The notes beneath the pieces are model-generated. The model was not told the DNA's origin and ran no database searches. It saw only the letters and a list, made by a program, of their open reading frames with translations. From Treponema sp. (GTDB lineage: Bacteria; Spirochaetota; Spirochaetia; Treponematales; Treponemataceae): 64,000 bases of DNA. The position numbers and the translations under genes were made by a program. Shown here piece by piece: positions 18,996-28,031 of this stretch (the stretch's first letter is position 1; the number at the start of each line of letters is the position of its first letter). The stretch lies in NCBI GenBank assembly GCA_024687165.1, contig JAILEY010000076.1:82-64081 (forward strand), written 5' to 3'.

Positions 18996-20138
18996 TTATT
19001 CAAGATTTTCAAGCTGAGCCTTTGCAATTTTATCTTCAGGGCAAATCTCAAGAACGACATTAAAGAATTTTTTTGCGCTCTCTTTATCCCCAAGTTTAAG
19101 ACAAACGCATGCCAGATTGCTCAAAGTTCTTACATCTTCAGCATCCAGAGAAAGTGCATCCATAAGGATTTTCTTTGCCTGCTCAACATCTCCGGTTTCT
19201 GAAAGACAAATTGAAAGTTCATTGATTACATCAAGATTCTGACCACCTTCACATTCAAGAGCTTTTTCAAAAGCCTGCCTTGCATCAGAAAAACGTTCAA
19301 GAAGACGAAGGCCCCAGCCAAGAAGGAACCAGCCATTCCATACAACAGGATTATCACGAATAAACTTGCGGATTTCTTCAATCCCCTTTTCTTCCTGACC
19401 ATTGCAGATAAAATCATAGGAATCACGAATTCTGTCATCTTCAAGATTACGGTTGGAAATATTATTTATGATTTCCTGTGCACGCTCTTTTCTGTACATG
19501 CCGTCATCACCAAGCTCCTCATCTGTAAAATCTGCAGTAAGGGCAAGAAATGATTCAAAACATCCTTTTGCATCAGCATAATTTCTCTTTTTCAGATAAT
19601 AAAATCCAAGATTAAAATACGAATCAGGAATTTCATTTTCAGTATCAAGCGTAATTTTATAATACTTAAGTGCAAGCTCATCATATGCATCAGCTTCATC
19701 ATTAAGACTTGCAGTTCTAAGACTATCTGCTCTCAAATCATAAAAAAGAGCCATATTCAAAATGATATGAAGGTCTTCAGGATCCACACCATGAACCGCA
19801 TTCCAGATTTCTTCAGCAAGATCCCACTCTTCATTATGAGTCTTAAGATATGCAGCCTCAGAAAGTTCCTTCTTAATATCAGGACGAACATCTACAATCA
19901 ACTTTCTGTAATAATCTGCATTTACATTCTGTTTATCATAAGTAAGAACTGTAAGGATTCCAGAAAGAATCTGTTCCTGCGAAAGCTTTACAAAATCAGT
20001 TTCAATTTCATCATCCACATTTTTTTTCTGAACAGGAAGCTCAATTGCCGGATCGATTTTAAAAGCGGCAGAAGAGAACTGTGCATTTTCCGGAATTTTT
20101 ACAAAATAAACGGAATTAAGAGAATTTGTGTCGTACAT
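18996..20138 (-). CDS. Tetratricopeptide repeat protein
   Basis: Repeated TPR-like helices (YFNLGFYYLK, WFLLGWGLRLL, LSNLACVCLKLG). Confidence 0.8.
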   Translation of the reverse strand: MYDTNSLNSVYFVKIPENAQFSSAAFKIDPAIELPVQKKNVDDEIETDFVKLSQEQILSGILTVLTYDKQNVNADYYRKLIVDVRPDIKKELSEAAYLKTHNEEWDLAEEIWNAVHGVDPEDLHIILNMALFYDLRADSLRTASLNDEADAYDELALKYYKITLDTENEIPDSYFNLGFYYLKKRNYADAKGCFESFLALTADFTDEELGDDGMYRKERAQEIINNISNRNLEDDRIRDSYDFICNGQEEKGIEEIRKFIRDNPVVWNGWFLLGWGLRLLERFSDARQAFEKALECEGGQNLDVINELSICLSETGDVEQAKKILMDALSLDAEDVRTLSNLACVCLKLGDKESAKKFFNVVLEICPEDKIAKAQLENLE

Positions 20139-20161
20139 AAATTTTCCTTTAGATTAAACTT

Positions 20162-21160
20162 TTACTGAGCTGAAGCAGTTGTTGCTGCCGGAGCTGCAGT
20201 TTCAGGTTTAGCCACTGGTGCAGCAGCAGGTGCTGATGCCGAAGCAGCTTGTGTTGCCTGAGGAGCAGGTGCAGCGGCTGTCTGTGCCGACTGTGCAGCT
20301 GGAGCAGTATCAACAGGTTGTGCAACTTCAACGTTCTCTCCAAACTTAGAATTAAGCTCAGTCTTGCGAAGTGTAGTAATATACTTGTTGATATGAATCT
20401 TATACGAAAGATTTACAGATTCTTCATTGAACTTAATACTTGCACCAATAATATCCTTTCGACCTTCAATGAAAGCAGCTCCTACGATAATTCCCTTAAG
20501 CGAAATAACTTCGTACGGATCATCAAACTCAAGCTGAAGAATAGTTTCTTTATTCATAAGGTATTGAGCAAGTCCAAGAAGAATTACTTTTGCGCCACCA
20601 AACGACAAGTCCTGAAGAATACAATGACGAGGAACTCCCTGAATTGTAATAACCATCTCTTTCTTTGGGATTCCAAGTTTACGCATACTTTCCTGTGTAA
20701 TAAGAATGCGCTCTTCCTTTCGTTTAACGGCATTTACATTTGCATCAAGCAGATTTCCGATCATCTGAATAAGATCATCAGGCGGACGCTGTGTATATGT
20801 AATTGAAACAATAGCAAGATCAGAACTGTTCATGTAAGGCTGAACATTAAGCACCTTCCCGGCGATAAAAAAGCTCAAAATCTGTCCATCAGGCTGATAA
20901 AAACTGAATCTAATGCTGACTGGTGCAGGAACAGGCTTTGTAAGCACCTGATATGCCCCACTTTTTGTTCCAAGAATTATTTTTGCACTTGAAAAAGATG
21001 TAGAATTTATAATACACGGCCACTGCAATCCACCGCTTTTAATATAAATCTGACGTGGATCCATTTTAAGAGTATGCATGATCTCTTTTGAAAAAGTCAC
21101 TTCTGTATTTTTATAATCTTCGTAGTACTTGTTCAGTGCCTGTGCTGTAAGTATAGCCAT
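20162..21160 (-). CDS. PilZN3 + PilZ domain protein with Ala/Pro-rich tail
   Basis: RKEER (RxxxR) and DLSFGG (DxSxxG) c-di-GMP motifs; spirochaete-type N-terminal domain; APAAQ-type tail. Confidence 0.82.
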   Translation of the reverse strand: MAILTAQALNKYYEDYKNTEVTFSKEIMHTLKMDPRQIYIKSGGLQWPCIINSTSFSSAKIILGTKSGAYQVLTKPVPAPVSIRFSFYQPDGQILSFFIAGKVLNVQPYMNSSDLAIVSITYTQRPPDDLIQMIGNLLDANVNAVKRKEERILITQESMRKLGIPKKEMVITIQGVPRHCILQDLSFGGAKVILLGLAQYLMNKETILQLEFDDPYEVISLKGIIVGAAFIEGRKDIIGASIKFNEESVNLSYKIHINKYITTLRKTELNSKFGENVEVAQPVDTAPAAQSAQTAAAPAPQATQAASASAPAAAPVAKPETAAPAATTASAQ

Positions 21161-21244
21161 AATCCTAATAATACCTTATTAAAAACAAATTAGCAAGTTT
21201 TTATCAATCAATATTATAATACACTATTTTTCAGAAATTCATTA

Positions 21245-21273
21245 TTTACATAATAAAATAAATTCATTAGAAT
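21245..21273 (+). promoter_or_regulatory. Sigma70 promoter of rpsD
   Basis: TTTACA-17-TAGAAT, followed by a ~70-nt hairpin-rich leader and an AAGGAG SD. Confidence 0.65.
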
Positions 21274-21350
21274 AGGGCAGATGATTTACCATCCCTCACC
21301 GCGGCAAACAAAATGATTTTTTCATTTTAAGGTGAAAAGGAGTAAAAATT

Positions 21351-21944
21351 ATGGCAACTAGAAGAACACCACGTTTTAAGGAATGCAGAAGACTTGGAGT
21401 TAACGTTTGTGGACATCCAAAGGCATTGAACAGAGCAAATGCACCAGCTTTCAAGAAGACAAAGAAAACTTCTGAATACGGAAAGCAGCTTTGTGAAAAG
21501 CAGAAGGTTAAGGCATACTACGGTATCCTTGAACGCCAGCTTCGCCGCTACTACGACATTGCTTCCCGCAAGGAAGGAAAGACAGGTGAAAACCTCATCG
21601 TAGGATTGGAAACACGTTTGGACAACCTGGTTTACAGATGCGGTTTTGCAAACTCAATCCGTTTCGCACGCCAGCTTGTTACACACGGTCACGTAACTGT
21701 TGACGGAAAGAAAGTTAACATTCCTTCATTGCAGGTTAAAGTTGGTCAGGTTGTTTCTATCCGTGAAAAGTCACAGAAGAACGAACAGATCAAGGCTAGC
21801 TTCCTCAACGGAAACCGCCGCCCATTGGACTACATCGAAATTACTGAAGAGAAATTCGAAGGTAAGCTTGTAATGATGCCAAAGCGTGAAGAAGTGCCGG
21901 TAGAAATCAACGAACAGCTCGTTGTTGAATTCTACTCAAAATAA
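21351..21944 (+). CDS. rpsD: 30S ribosomal protein S4 (stand-alone)
   Basis: SEYGKQL.EKQK, LETRLDNLVYR.GFA, ARQLVTHGH, VVEFYSK. Confidence 0.97.
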   Translation: MATRRTPRFKECRRLGVNVCGHPKALNRANAPAFKKTKKTSEYGKQLCEKQKVKAYYGILERQLRRYYDIASRKEGKTGENLIVGLETRLDNLVYRCGFANSIRFARQLVTHGHVTVDGKKVNIPSLQVKVGQVVSIREKSQKNEQIKASFLNGNRRPLDYIEITEEKFEGKLVMMPKREEVPVEINEQLVVEFYSK

Positions 21945-21966
21945 TCTGAAGGAAACTGAAGATTAC

Positions 21967-22001
21967 AAAAAAAGGGACTGCCCGACGGACAGCCCCTTTT
22001 C
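21967..22001 (+). terminator. Intrinsic terminator after rpsD (probably bidirectional)
   Basis: AAAAGGGACTGCC-CGAC-GGACAGCCCCTTTT stem with A/T runs on both sides, between convergent genes. Confidence 0.7.
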
Positions 22002-22043
22002 TGTTTTAAATCAGCAGTAAAAAACCGCTGACTAAATTAATGT

Positions 22044-22712
22044 CTATTCCTGTGATTCTTCTTCAAGTTTTGAAAACTTTGATTTTCTTCCCTTAACGAT
22101 ATAAGTACTTCCAGCAACAGCTACTGTAATTACAACAGCACCTGCCATTTCAAGAAGCCCGTTTGAAAGAATTGCTGATGCAAGAATTATAAGATACATC
22201 TTAAATCCTGAAATACCATCAACGTTATATCCGTATTTTGCAAAAGTTCCTGCCATTTTAGAAACAAGATCACTTGCATAAAAAATATAAATTGAACCCA
22301 TAACAAAAATTGTATTAAACAAAGTTCCTACTGCTGCAGAAATACCTGCACTAACAGTTTTTGGCATATGAGGAATCATATTCAAAGCACGGAATGCAAG
22401 CCATGCCATGACAGGGAACATCATACGTGGAACGATAGAAACCATCGGATTTGCAAAGAACAAAGACCATGCACCAGGATTAATAGAATTTAAGATTATG
22501 CTTGAAAGTCCAAACACAAGACCTGTTACAATCCCCGGAATAAGACCGCCCAAAACTGTAACAACAAGAGCCGGAATATGAACGATTGTCATATGGATAA
22601 AAGGAGTGAGCTTCAAATATCCAAATGGAGTAAAAGCAAGAAGTACACAAAGAGCACTGAATAACCCTGTAAGTGCAATCTTGTAGTTTCGGGAGAGATT
22701 TTTTAATTTCAT
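22044..22712 (-). CDS. ECF transporter S component (PanT-like)
   Basis: TPFGY...TIVHIPALV...GG; PRMMFP; about 6 TM segments. Confidence 0.8.
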   Translation of the reverse strand: MKLKNLSRNYKIALTGLFSALCVLLAFTPFGYLKLTPFIHMTIVHIPALVVTVLGGLIPGIVTGLVFGLSSIILNSINPGAWSLFFANPMVSIVPRMMFPVMAWLAFRALNMIPHMPKTVSAGISAAVGTLFNTIFVMGSIYIFYASDLVSKMAGTFAKYGYNVDGISGFKMYLIILASAILSNGLLEMAGAVVITVAVAGSTYIVKGRKSKFSKLEEESQE

Positions 22713-23557
22713 TTTAATACCTCATCAAATGATTTTTTATAGCACAAGGCAGTAACAAAAGGTCTTCCGATTAAAACCTCCTGAACTCCCCATGATGCCG
22801 CTTTTTTAACATCAGCCTTATATCTTATCCCTCCGTCTACCCAAAGCTGACCACAATATTTTTTAAGCTCAACTGCATTCGCTGCAAGAAAATCCACAGA
22901 ACTACCTTCAATAGTCGGAACACGTCCCCCGTGATTTGAAACAAATGCAACATCAGGCTTTATCATGCGCACAAGTTCTACATCTTCCCTGGTAAAAATT
23001 CCCTTTAAAACAAAAGGAAGCCCTAGAGCGGAAAGACGATTTTTTATTTCCACAAGATTTTTCTCAGTTTTTTTTTCAAGATTAACTTTATTGCGCATAG
23101 TGACAATATTGTAAGCATCTATATCGACTCCGATACATTCTGCAGCAGATTGAGACCATTCTATACGCTCAAGAATTTTTTTATTTTCATACGGCTTAAT
23201 GAATACAGCAGCTTTTTTATTTACGCTTTTAACGGCTTCAATGCCCCACAAAAGTTTTTCATCGGGACAGCCGTCGCCAATACTTAAAGGCACATTTGAT
23301 TTTACACACTGATTGATTAGATCAAAATAAAATTCTTTCTCGCTCCCGTAGCCGACATTTTCAACGGCACCAGTCATCGGAGCAAGACGAATTTTTGTTT
23401 TTTGATTTAAGAACGGACCTGAAGAAATTCTGGACCAAGAAATGCAATTAGAAATAAAATTTTTATTATCATCAACACCGCCCATTCCCGGAAGCTGATT
23501 GATACAGGCTTTTCCAAGACAGACAGTGCAGTTTTTGCATTTAAAATTTATTTCCAT
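22709..23557 (-). CDS. FMN-dependent alpha-hydroxy-acid oxidase-like protein
   Basis: LAPMTG, LKGI, VSNHGGR, VDGGIR, IGRP; N-terminal CxxCxxCxxxxC-PGMGG. Confidence 0.82.
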   Translation of the reverse strand: MEINFKCKNCTVCLGKACINQLPGMGGVDDNKNFISNCISWSRISSGPFLNQKTKIRLAPMTGAVENVGYGSEKEFYFDLINQCVKSNVPLSIGDGCPDEKLLWGIEAVKSVNKKAAVFIKPYENKKILERIEWSQSAAECIGVDIDAYNIVTMRNKVNLEKKTEKNLVEIKNRLSALGLPFVLKGIFTREDVELVRMIKPDVAFVSNHGGRVPTIEGSSVDFLAANAVELKKYCGQLWVDGGIRYKADVKKAASWGVQEVLIGRPFVTALCYKKSFDEVLK

Positions 23558-24549
23558 AAATTTGCAGGATTTACGGTTCGACCGTTTTTATAAACTGTAA
23601 AATGAAGATGAGGACCAGTACTCATACCTGTACTTCCAACTCTTCCAATAACTGTATTTGTATCAACGTAAGCACCTTTTTTTACATCGATTTTACTCAT
23701 ATGTCCATAAAGTGAGCGGTATCCGGAATGATGCTGAACGATAACATACTTTCCAAATACATCACTCCAGCCGGCTGTTGTAACTTTCCCAGGGAGTGCT
23801 GCATAGATTTTCGTACCTGTACTGCAAGCCAGATCGATACCGGAATGATAAGTACGTTTTGATGATTTTCCAAACGGATCTTCACGCCAGCCGTAACGAG
23901 ATGAAATTCTGAATCTTGCTTTTATAGGCTTGATGAAAAGATCACCATTAATTTCCTGTCTTGTTACCCAGTCAAGTGCTGCATCCGGAACAAACATAGT
24001 TTTTCCTGCAGAAAGGCTTGCTGTAAGTTCGATTTTATTTGCTGAAGCAATTTTACCTGCATCAACTTTATATTTTGCTGCGATTGTATCAAGAGTTTCT
24101 CCGTCTTCCCTGACTGTATAAAGGATTCCAGGCATTGAAGGAACTTTGATGTACTGTCCAGGCTGAATAAGGCGTGAAGCATGAATGTTGTTTACGCTGA
24201 TGATAGTATCCTGTGTGATTCCAAATTCATCTGCAATAAAACCAATCATATCGCCTTCTTTGATGCGGTATGAGATGTATGAAAGTGAACCTTCATCAGA
24301 TGGAATTTCAAGTTCTGCGTCCGTAAGCGTACCTTCTGCAAGCCTGATCAAGGCCGGGTTCTGAACACCACCTTTACCATCTGGAGAAGTTAATTTTACG
24401 GCTGCCATTGTAATGCCTAATACAATTCCTGCTATTCCTATAACTGCAAGTGAACAGAGGATAATACATTTTGAATACACTTTCATTTTCAATTTGGAAC
24501 TATACCATATTCCGTCAAAAAACTCAATTTTTTTATTTTTTTCTTCCAT
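23548..24549 (-). CDS. LysM + M23 metallopeptidase
   Basis: Two LysM repeats; HSGID, Y.H, STGPHLHF. Confidence 0.92.
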   Translation of the reverse strand: MEEKNKKIEFFDGIWYSSKLKMKVYSKCIILCSLAVIGIAGIVLGITMAAVKLTSPDGKGGVQNPALIRLAEGTLTDAELEIPSDEGSLSYISYRIKEGDMIGFIADEFGITQDTIISVNNIHASRLIQPGQYIKVPSMPGILYTVREDGETLDTIAAKYKVDAGKIASANKIELTASLSAGKTMFVPDAALDWVTRQEINGDLFIKPIKARFRISSRYGWREDPFGKSSKRTYHSGIDLACSTGTKIYAALPGKVTTAGWSDVFGKYVIVQHHSGYRSLYGHMSKIDVKKGAYVDTNTVIGRVGSTGMSTGPHLHFTVYKNGRTVNPANLWK

Positions 24550-24553
24550 GATT

Positions 24554-25162
24554 TTACATCCCTTTTTTATTCAAGCCGATTAAATATGTTTCAAAAGATT
24601 CCTGTCTGCATGCTTCCGGTTTAAATCCCTTTGCCTGCTCAAAAATCTCTCTCATCTTCATAAGAAGCTTCTGCTGATCACCGTTCTGAAAAATTTTTAC
24701 ACAGAAATTTCCGCCAGCTTTAAGCATATCCTGCGCATACCAGATTGCCATTTCTACGAGACCTTTTGAGCGTAATGTATCGATTGTTCTGTTTCCTGTT
24801 GTAGGAGGTGCTGCATCGCACACAACAAGATCAAACGGACCTTCTGCCTTTATTTTGTTACGAATTTCTTCTTCAAGAAGGTCTCCCTGAAAAAATACGA
24901 GATTATCTGATTTTACATCTTTTGAAAGAGGATTAAGATCACAGGAAACAACTTTGCCGTTTTCGTTAATATTCCTCAAAAGCCATGTAGTCCAGCTTCC
25001 TGGGGCAGCCCCAAGATCAAGCACAACGCGGCTCTTTTTCAACATGCTGAATTTTTTATCGATTTCTTCCAGCTTATAAACGCTTCGTGCTGGGTACCCT
25101 TCCCTAAAGGCTTTCTGCGACCAGAAATCAGGCTTTCCATAAAGATCTTTCTTACATCCCAT
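24554..25162 (-). CDS. rlmE: 23S rRNA Um2552 methyltransferase
   Basis: ARSVYKL, LDLGAAPGSW, CDAAP, VKIF, SFETY (K-D-K-E tetrad). Confidence 0.93.
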   Translation of the reverse strand: MGCKKDLYGKPDFWSQKAFREGYPARSVYKLEEIDKKFSMLKKSRVVLDLGAAPGSWTTWLLRNINENGKVVSCDLNPLSKDVKSDNLVFFQGDLLEEEIRNKIKAEGPFDLVVCDAAPPTTGNRTIDTLRSKGLVEMAIWYAQDMLKAGGNFCVKIFQNGDQQKLLMKMREIFEQAKGFKPEACRQESFETYLIGLNKKGM

Positions 25163-25210
25163 AACTTTTTTATCGGGAGAAATTTATAGAGAGTTTAGAG
25201 GTTCAAAATA

Positions 25211-25235
25211 AAATACTCAGAAATCAACTCCCAGC
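25211..25235 (+). repeat. Modular intergenic repeat, copy C
   Basis: AAATACTCAGAAATCAACTCCCAGC matches 62258-62280 and 9020-9039. Confidence 0.8.
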
Positions 25236-25263
25236 AAAGTACTCAATACAAGTAATAATAGAG

Positions 25264-25824
25264 CTATTTAAATGAATAACCAACTGCAGCTACATTTTTC
25301 AATTCAAGATATTTCTGCATGTTGTCACGATTTATTCCGCCGGTTGCAATAAATTTTACATTCGGAAATGGACCTGCAAAAGCCTTAAGCATATCAGCTC
25401 CCCCCATCATTTCCGCAGGGAAAAATTTCAAAAGATTTAAGCCGTAATTCATGGCATTTTCAATTTCTGTCGGAGTACAAACGCCCGGGACAACCGGAAC
25501 TTTTTTCTTAAGACAATATTTTACAGTCTGCGGATTAAAGCCTGCTGAAACAATAAATTTTGCCCCGGAAGCAATTGCCATTGCAGCAAGCTTTTTATTT
25601 ACAACAGTTCCTGCCCCGACAAGAAGAGAAGAAAATTTGAGCGAAACATTTTTTATTGCCTCAGCAATCATTTTAAATCCTTCTTCGCCATTCGTAGTTC
25701 TGAAAGTAATTTCCATGCACTTAAGTCCTGCCGATTGAATTTTTTCTGCAAGCTCAAGAGCATTATCAATACTTTCAATTTTACAAACTGAAATCTGATC
25801 AATATTTTCAAATATACTGTTCAT
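25264..25824 (-). CDS. eda: KDPG/KHG aldolase, C-terminally short
   Basis: EITFRT, VGAGTV, PGVCTPTEI, LKFFPAE (Schiff-base Lys), GGI; stops just after VGYS. Confidence 0.85.
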   Translation of the reverse strand: MNSIFENIDQISVCKIESIDNALELAEKIQSAGLKCMEITFRTTNGEEGFKMIAEAIKNVSLKFSSLLVGAGTVVNKKLAAMAIASGAKFIVSAGFNPQTVKYCLKKKVPVVPGVCTPTEIENAMNYGLNLLKFFPAEMMGGADMLKAFAGPFPNVKFIATGGINRDNMQKYLELKNVAAVGYSFK

Positions 25825-25827
25825 TTT

Positions 25828-26814
25828 TTACTCTCCGTTAAATCCACTTTTAAAATGCCACACAGTTTTTGACAAGGCATTACTGAAAGGCTGATGACGC
25901 TCAAAATCAGGAAGCCAGCTGTCATCGTCACTCAAATCCTGATAAAAAAGATATTCAAAATCATAAAAGTCAATAAGTTCACGAAGTCTTTTGTCTTCAT
26001 CAGTATTTATCAACCTGTTCTGAAATGCGCCAAGAGATTTTTTTCTCCACTCAAGCTCTTTTTCATCTCCTCGGAAAGGAACCGGTGTATACTGCGACAT
26101 AAGTGAAATACAGGCTTTTCCGTCCGCATGTTTTTTTAGCCATTCCAGCGCAAGGACAGAATCATCAAGTCTTCCCGGCAGAACAAGATGACGGATAATC
26201 ACGCCACTCATCATTTTAGGATGATCTGAATCTTCATCTTTAATTTCTGTCTTTGTATTTTCAATCATCCATCGAACGGCTTTTTTCGCAACTGATGGAT
26301 AATCTTCTGCAGCAAAAAGTTCCTTACTCATAAGCGGGTTTAAAGTTTTAAAATCAGGCAGCCAGATATCAACCGCACCACGAAGAAGCTCAAGGCTTTC
26401 AACAGATTCATAGCCGCTTGAATTCCACGCTACAGGAATTTTAAGACCTTCTGACTTTGCGCCTTTTAAATATTCTGCAAGTAGCGGAATCTGATGACTT
26501 CCCGTTACGATATTTATATTTTCTGCACCAAGCTTTTGAAGCTCAAGACAGATTTTTACAAATTCTTCTTTTTCAACAATTCTGCCCATTCCCTGCTGAC
26601 TGATCTGATAATTCTGACAGAAGGAACAGCGCAAAGTACATCCCGAAACAAAAATCGTACCGCTTCCGCCTTTTACCGTTATCAGAGGCTCTTCTCCAAA
26701 GTGAAGACAGGCAAGTGCAATTTTTAATCTATCTGATTCACCGCAAAAAGCACAACCTTTAGTACGGTCTGCACCACATTTTCTCGGGCACTGAACACAA
26801 CTTCTGTAAGGCAT
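25828..26814 (-). CDS. Radical SAM protein (PflX-like)
   Basis: CTLRCSFCQN CxxxCxxC; HFGEEP..GSGTIF; IIRHLVLPG; MSQYTP. Confidence 0.85.
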   Translation of the reverse strand: MPYRSCVQCPRKCGADRTKGCAFCGESDRLKIALACLHFGEEPLITVKGGSGTIFVSGCTLRCSFCQNYQISQQGMGRIVEKEEFVKICLELQKLGAENINIVTGSHQIPLLAEYLKGAKSEGLKIPVAWNSSGYESVESLELLRGAVDIWLPDFKTLNPLMSKELFAAEDYPSVAKKAVRWMIENTKTEIKDEDSDHPKMMSGVIIRHLVLPGRLDDSVLALEWLKKHADGKACISLMSQYTPVPFRGDEKELEWRKKSLGAFQNRLINTDEDKRLRELIDFYDFEYLFYQDLSDDDSWLPDFERHQPFSNALSKTVWHFKSGFNGE

Positions 26815-26816
26815 TT

Positions 26817-27221
26817 TCAGACTGCACCCTTATCAAGAAAAATACTCATAAGATCATTCAAAAGATCTACATCCATATCTTCAGCTTCGTACCCGGTCAA
26901 TTCACAAAGCTCACTCCAGTCTTTTTCAGAAAGAGCATCAGTCATCTCAACATCATTGTCAATCAGAGACTGCATTGCGGCTATTTTATCAAGATGCTCC
27001 TGAGTTGGTTCATTTTGCATTTCTGCGGAAGGAAGGATATATTCGCTCATCCAGTAATCTGTGTATGATTCTGCAAGTGAGCGGACATGAGCATTATTTT
27101 TTACAAACAGCGATTTAATATCAGCACAAACTCTTTCTCCGGAATATGAAGAAGAATGTTCTGCGTATTCATGTTTTTTAATTCGGGCAACATCGGCCAA
27201 AAATTTCTGAACATTATCCAT
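26817..27221 (-). CDS. Hypothetical acidic protein
   Basis: Start moved to ATG 27221 (TATAAT 7 nt upstream); abuts the radical SAM gene. Confidence 0.7.
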   Translation of the reverse strand: MDNVQKFLADVARIKKHEYAEHSSSYSGERVCADIKSLFVKNNAHVRSLAESYTDYWMSEYILPSAEMQNEPTQEHLDKIAAMQSLIDNDVEMTDALSEKDWSELCELTGYEAEDMDVDLLNDLMSIFLDKGAV

Positions 27222-27365
27222 GCGGAAGATTATACAAAATAAATTCAAATTAAACATCAATTTAGTAAAGATAAGAATAAAAAATTACCATTTAAAATTA
27301 AGAAAAAAGAGTGGAAAATTATTGAAAATCTTGACAAATTCTAGAGGTGAACATAATATATAGAC

Positions 27366-27812
27366 ATGGACTTAAGAACAGTATTAACATCAGAAACTGT
27401 AGACCTTCATTTGAAAGGAACTACAAAAGAAGAAATCATCGACGAACTCCTGGAGATTCTCGTTAAAGCTGGAAAAGTAACAGATAAAGTAGCAGCAAAA
27501 GAATGTGTTCTCGACCGAGAACGCAAGATGTCTACTGGTATGAAACATGGAATCGCTATTCCACACGGAAAAACTGATACTGTTTCTGATCTTGTTGCTT
27601 GTATTGGCGTGTCTGACAACCCTGTTGATTTTGACAGTCTTGATCAGGAACCATGCCGCATTTTCATTATGACTTTGTCACCTGTAAACAAGACAGGTCC
27701 TCACCTTCAGTTCCTTGCTGAAGTAAGCCTCTTGTTCAAATCTGCAGACAAACGTGCTCAGATTCTTAACACACAGGATAAAGCAGAAGTTATCAAGATT
27801 CTTACAGAATAG
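27366..27812 (+). CDS. PTS EIIA (fructose/Ntr-type) stand-alone domain
   Basis: RE..MSTG..GIAIPHGK phospho-His motif; HLQFLA. TTGACA-17-TAATAT promoter at 27331-27359. Confidence 0.9.
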   Translation: MDLRTVLTSETVDLHLKGTTKEEIIDELLEILVKAGKVTDKVAAKECVLDRERKMSTGMKHGIAIPHGKTDTVSDLVACIGVSDNPVDFDSLDQEPCRIFIMTLSPVNKTGPHLQFLAEVSLLFKSADKRAQILNTQDKAEVIKILTE

Positions 27813-27833
27813 TCTTATTCTTTTGCGGATAAC

Positions 27834-27864
27834 AAGGCCCCGGATTTTCCGAGGTCTTTTTTTT
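27834..27864 (+). terminator. Intrinsic terminator after EIIA
   Basis: AAGGCCCCGG-ATTTT-CCGAGGTCTT followed by a T-run. Confidence 0.7.
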
Positions 27865-27896
27865 GCTCTGATTTTTTTCAAACATAAATTTGGTGC

Positions 27897-27935
27897 ATAA
27901 AAAAGCCTGCACAAACAGCTGTTCATGCAGGTTTA
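27897..27935 (-). terminator. Terminator downstream of tRNA-Thr
   Basis: Minus strand AAACCTGCA...TGCAGGCTTTTTT. Confidence 0.6.
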
Positions 27936-27945
27936 AAATATCTTG

Positions 27946-28018
27946 AGCCAACTCCCGGACTTGAACCGAGTACCTGCGCGTTACGAGGGCGCTGCTCTAC
28001 CAGGTGAGCTAAGTTGGC
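27946..28018 (-). tRNA. tRNA-Thr(CGT), 73 nt, CCA not encoded
   Basis: GCCAACTTAGCTCACCTGGTAGAGCAGCGCCCTCGTAACGCGCAGGTACTCGGTTCAAGTCCGGGAGTTGGCT; cloverleaf, GGTTCAA T-loop, anticodon CGT. Confidence 0.95.
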
Positions 28019-28031
28019 AATGAATGTTTAA

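Noticed and set aside
27900-28030. tRNA-Thr as an integration site
   Set aside because: No duplicated tRNA 3' end, no integrase, and the flanking genes look like core genes.
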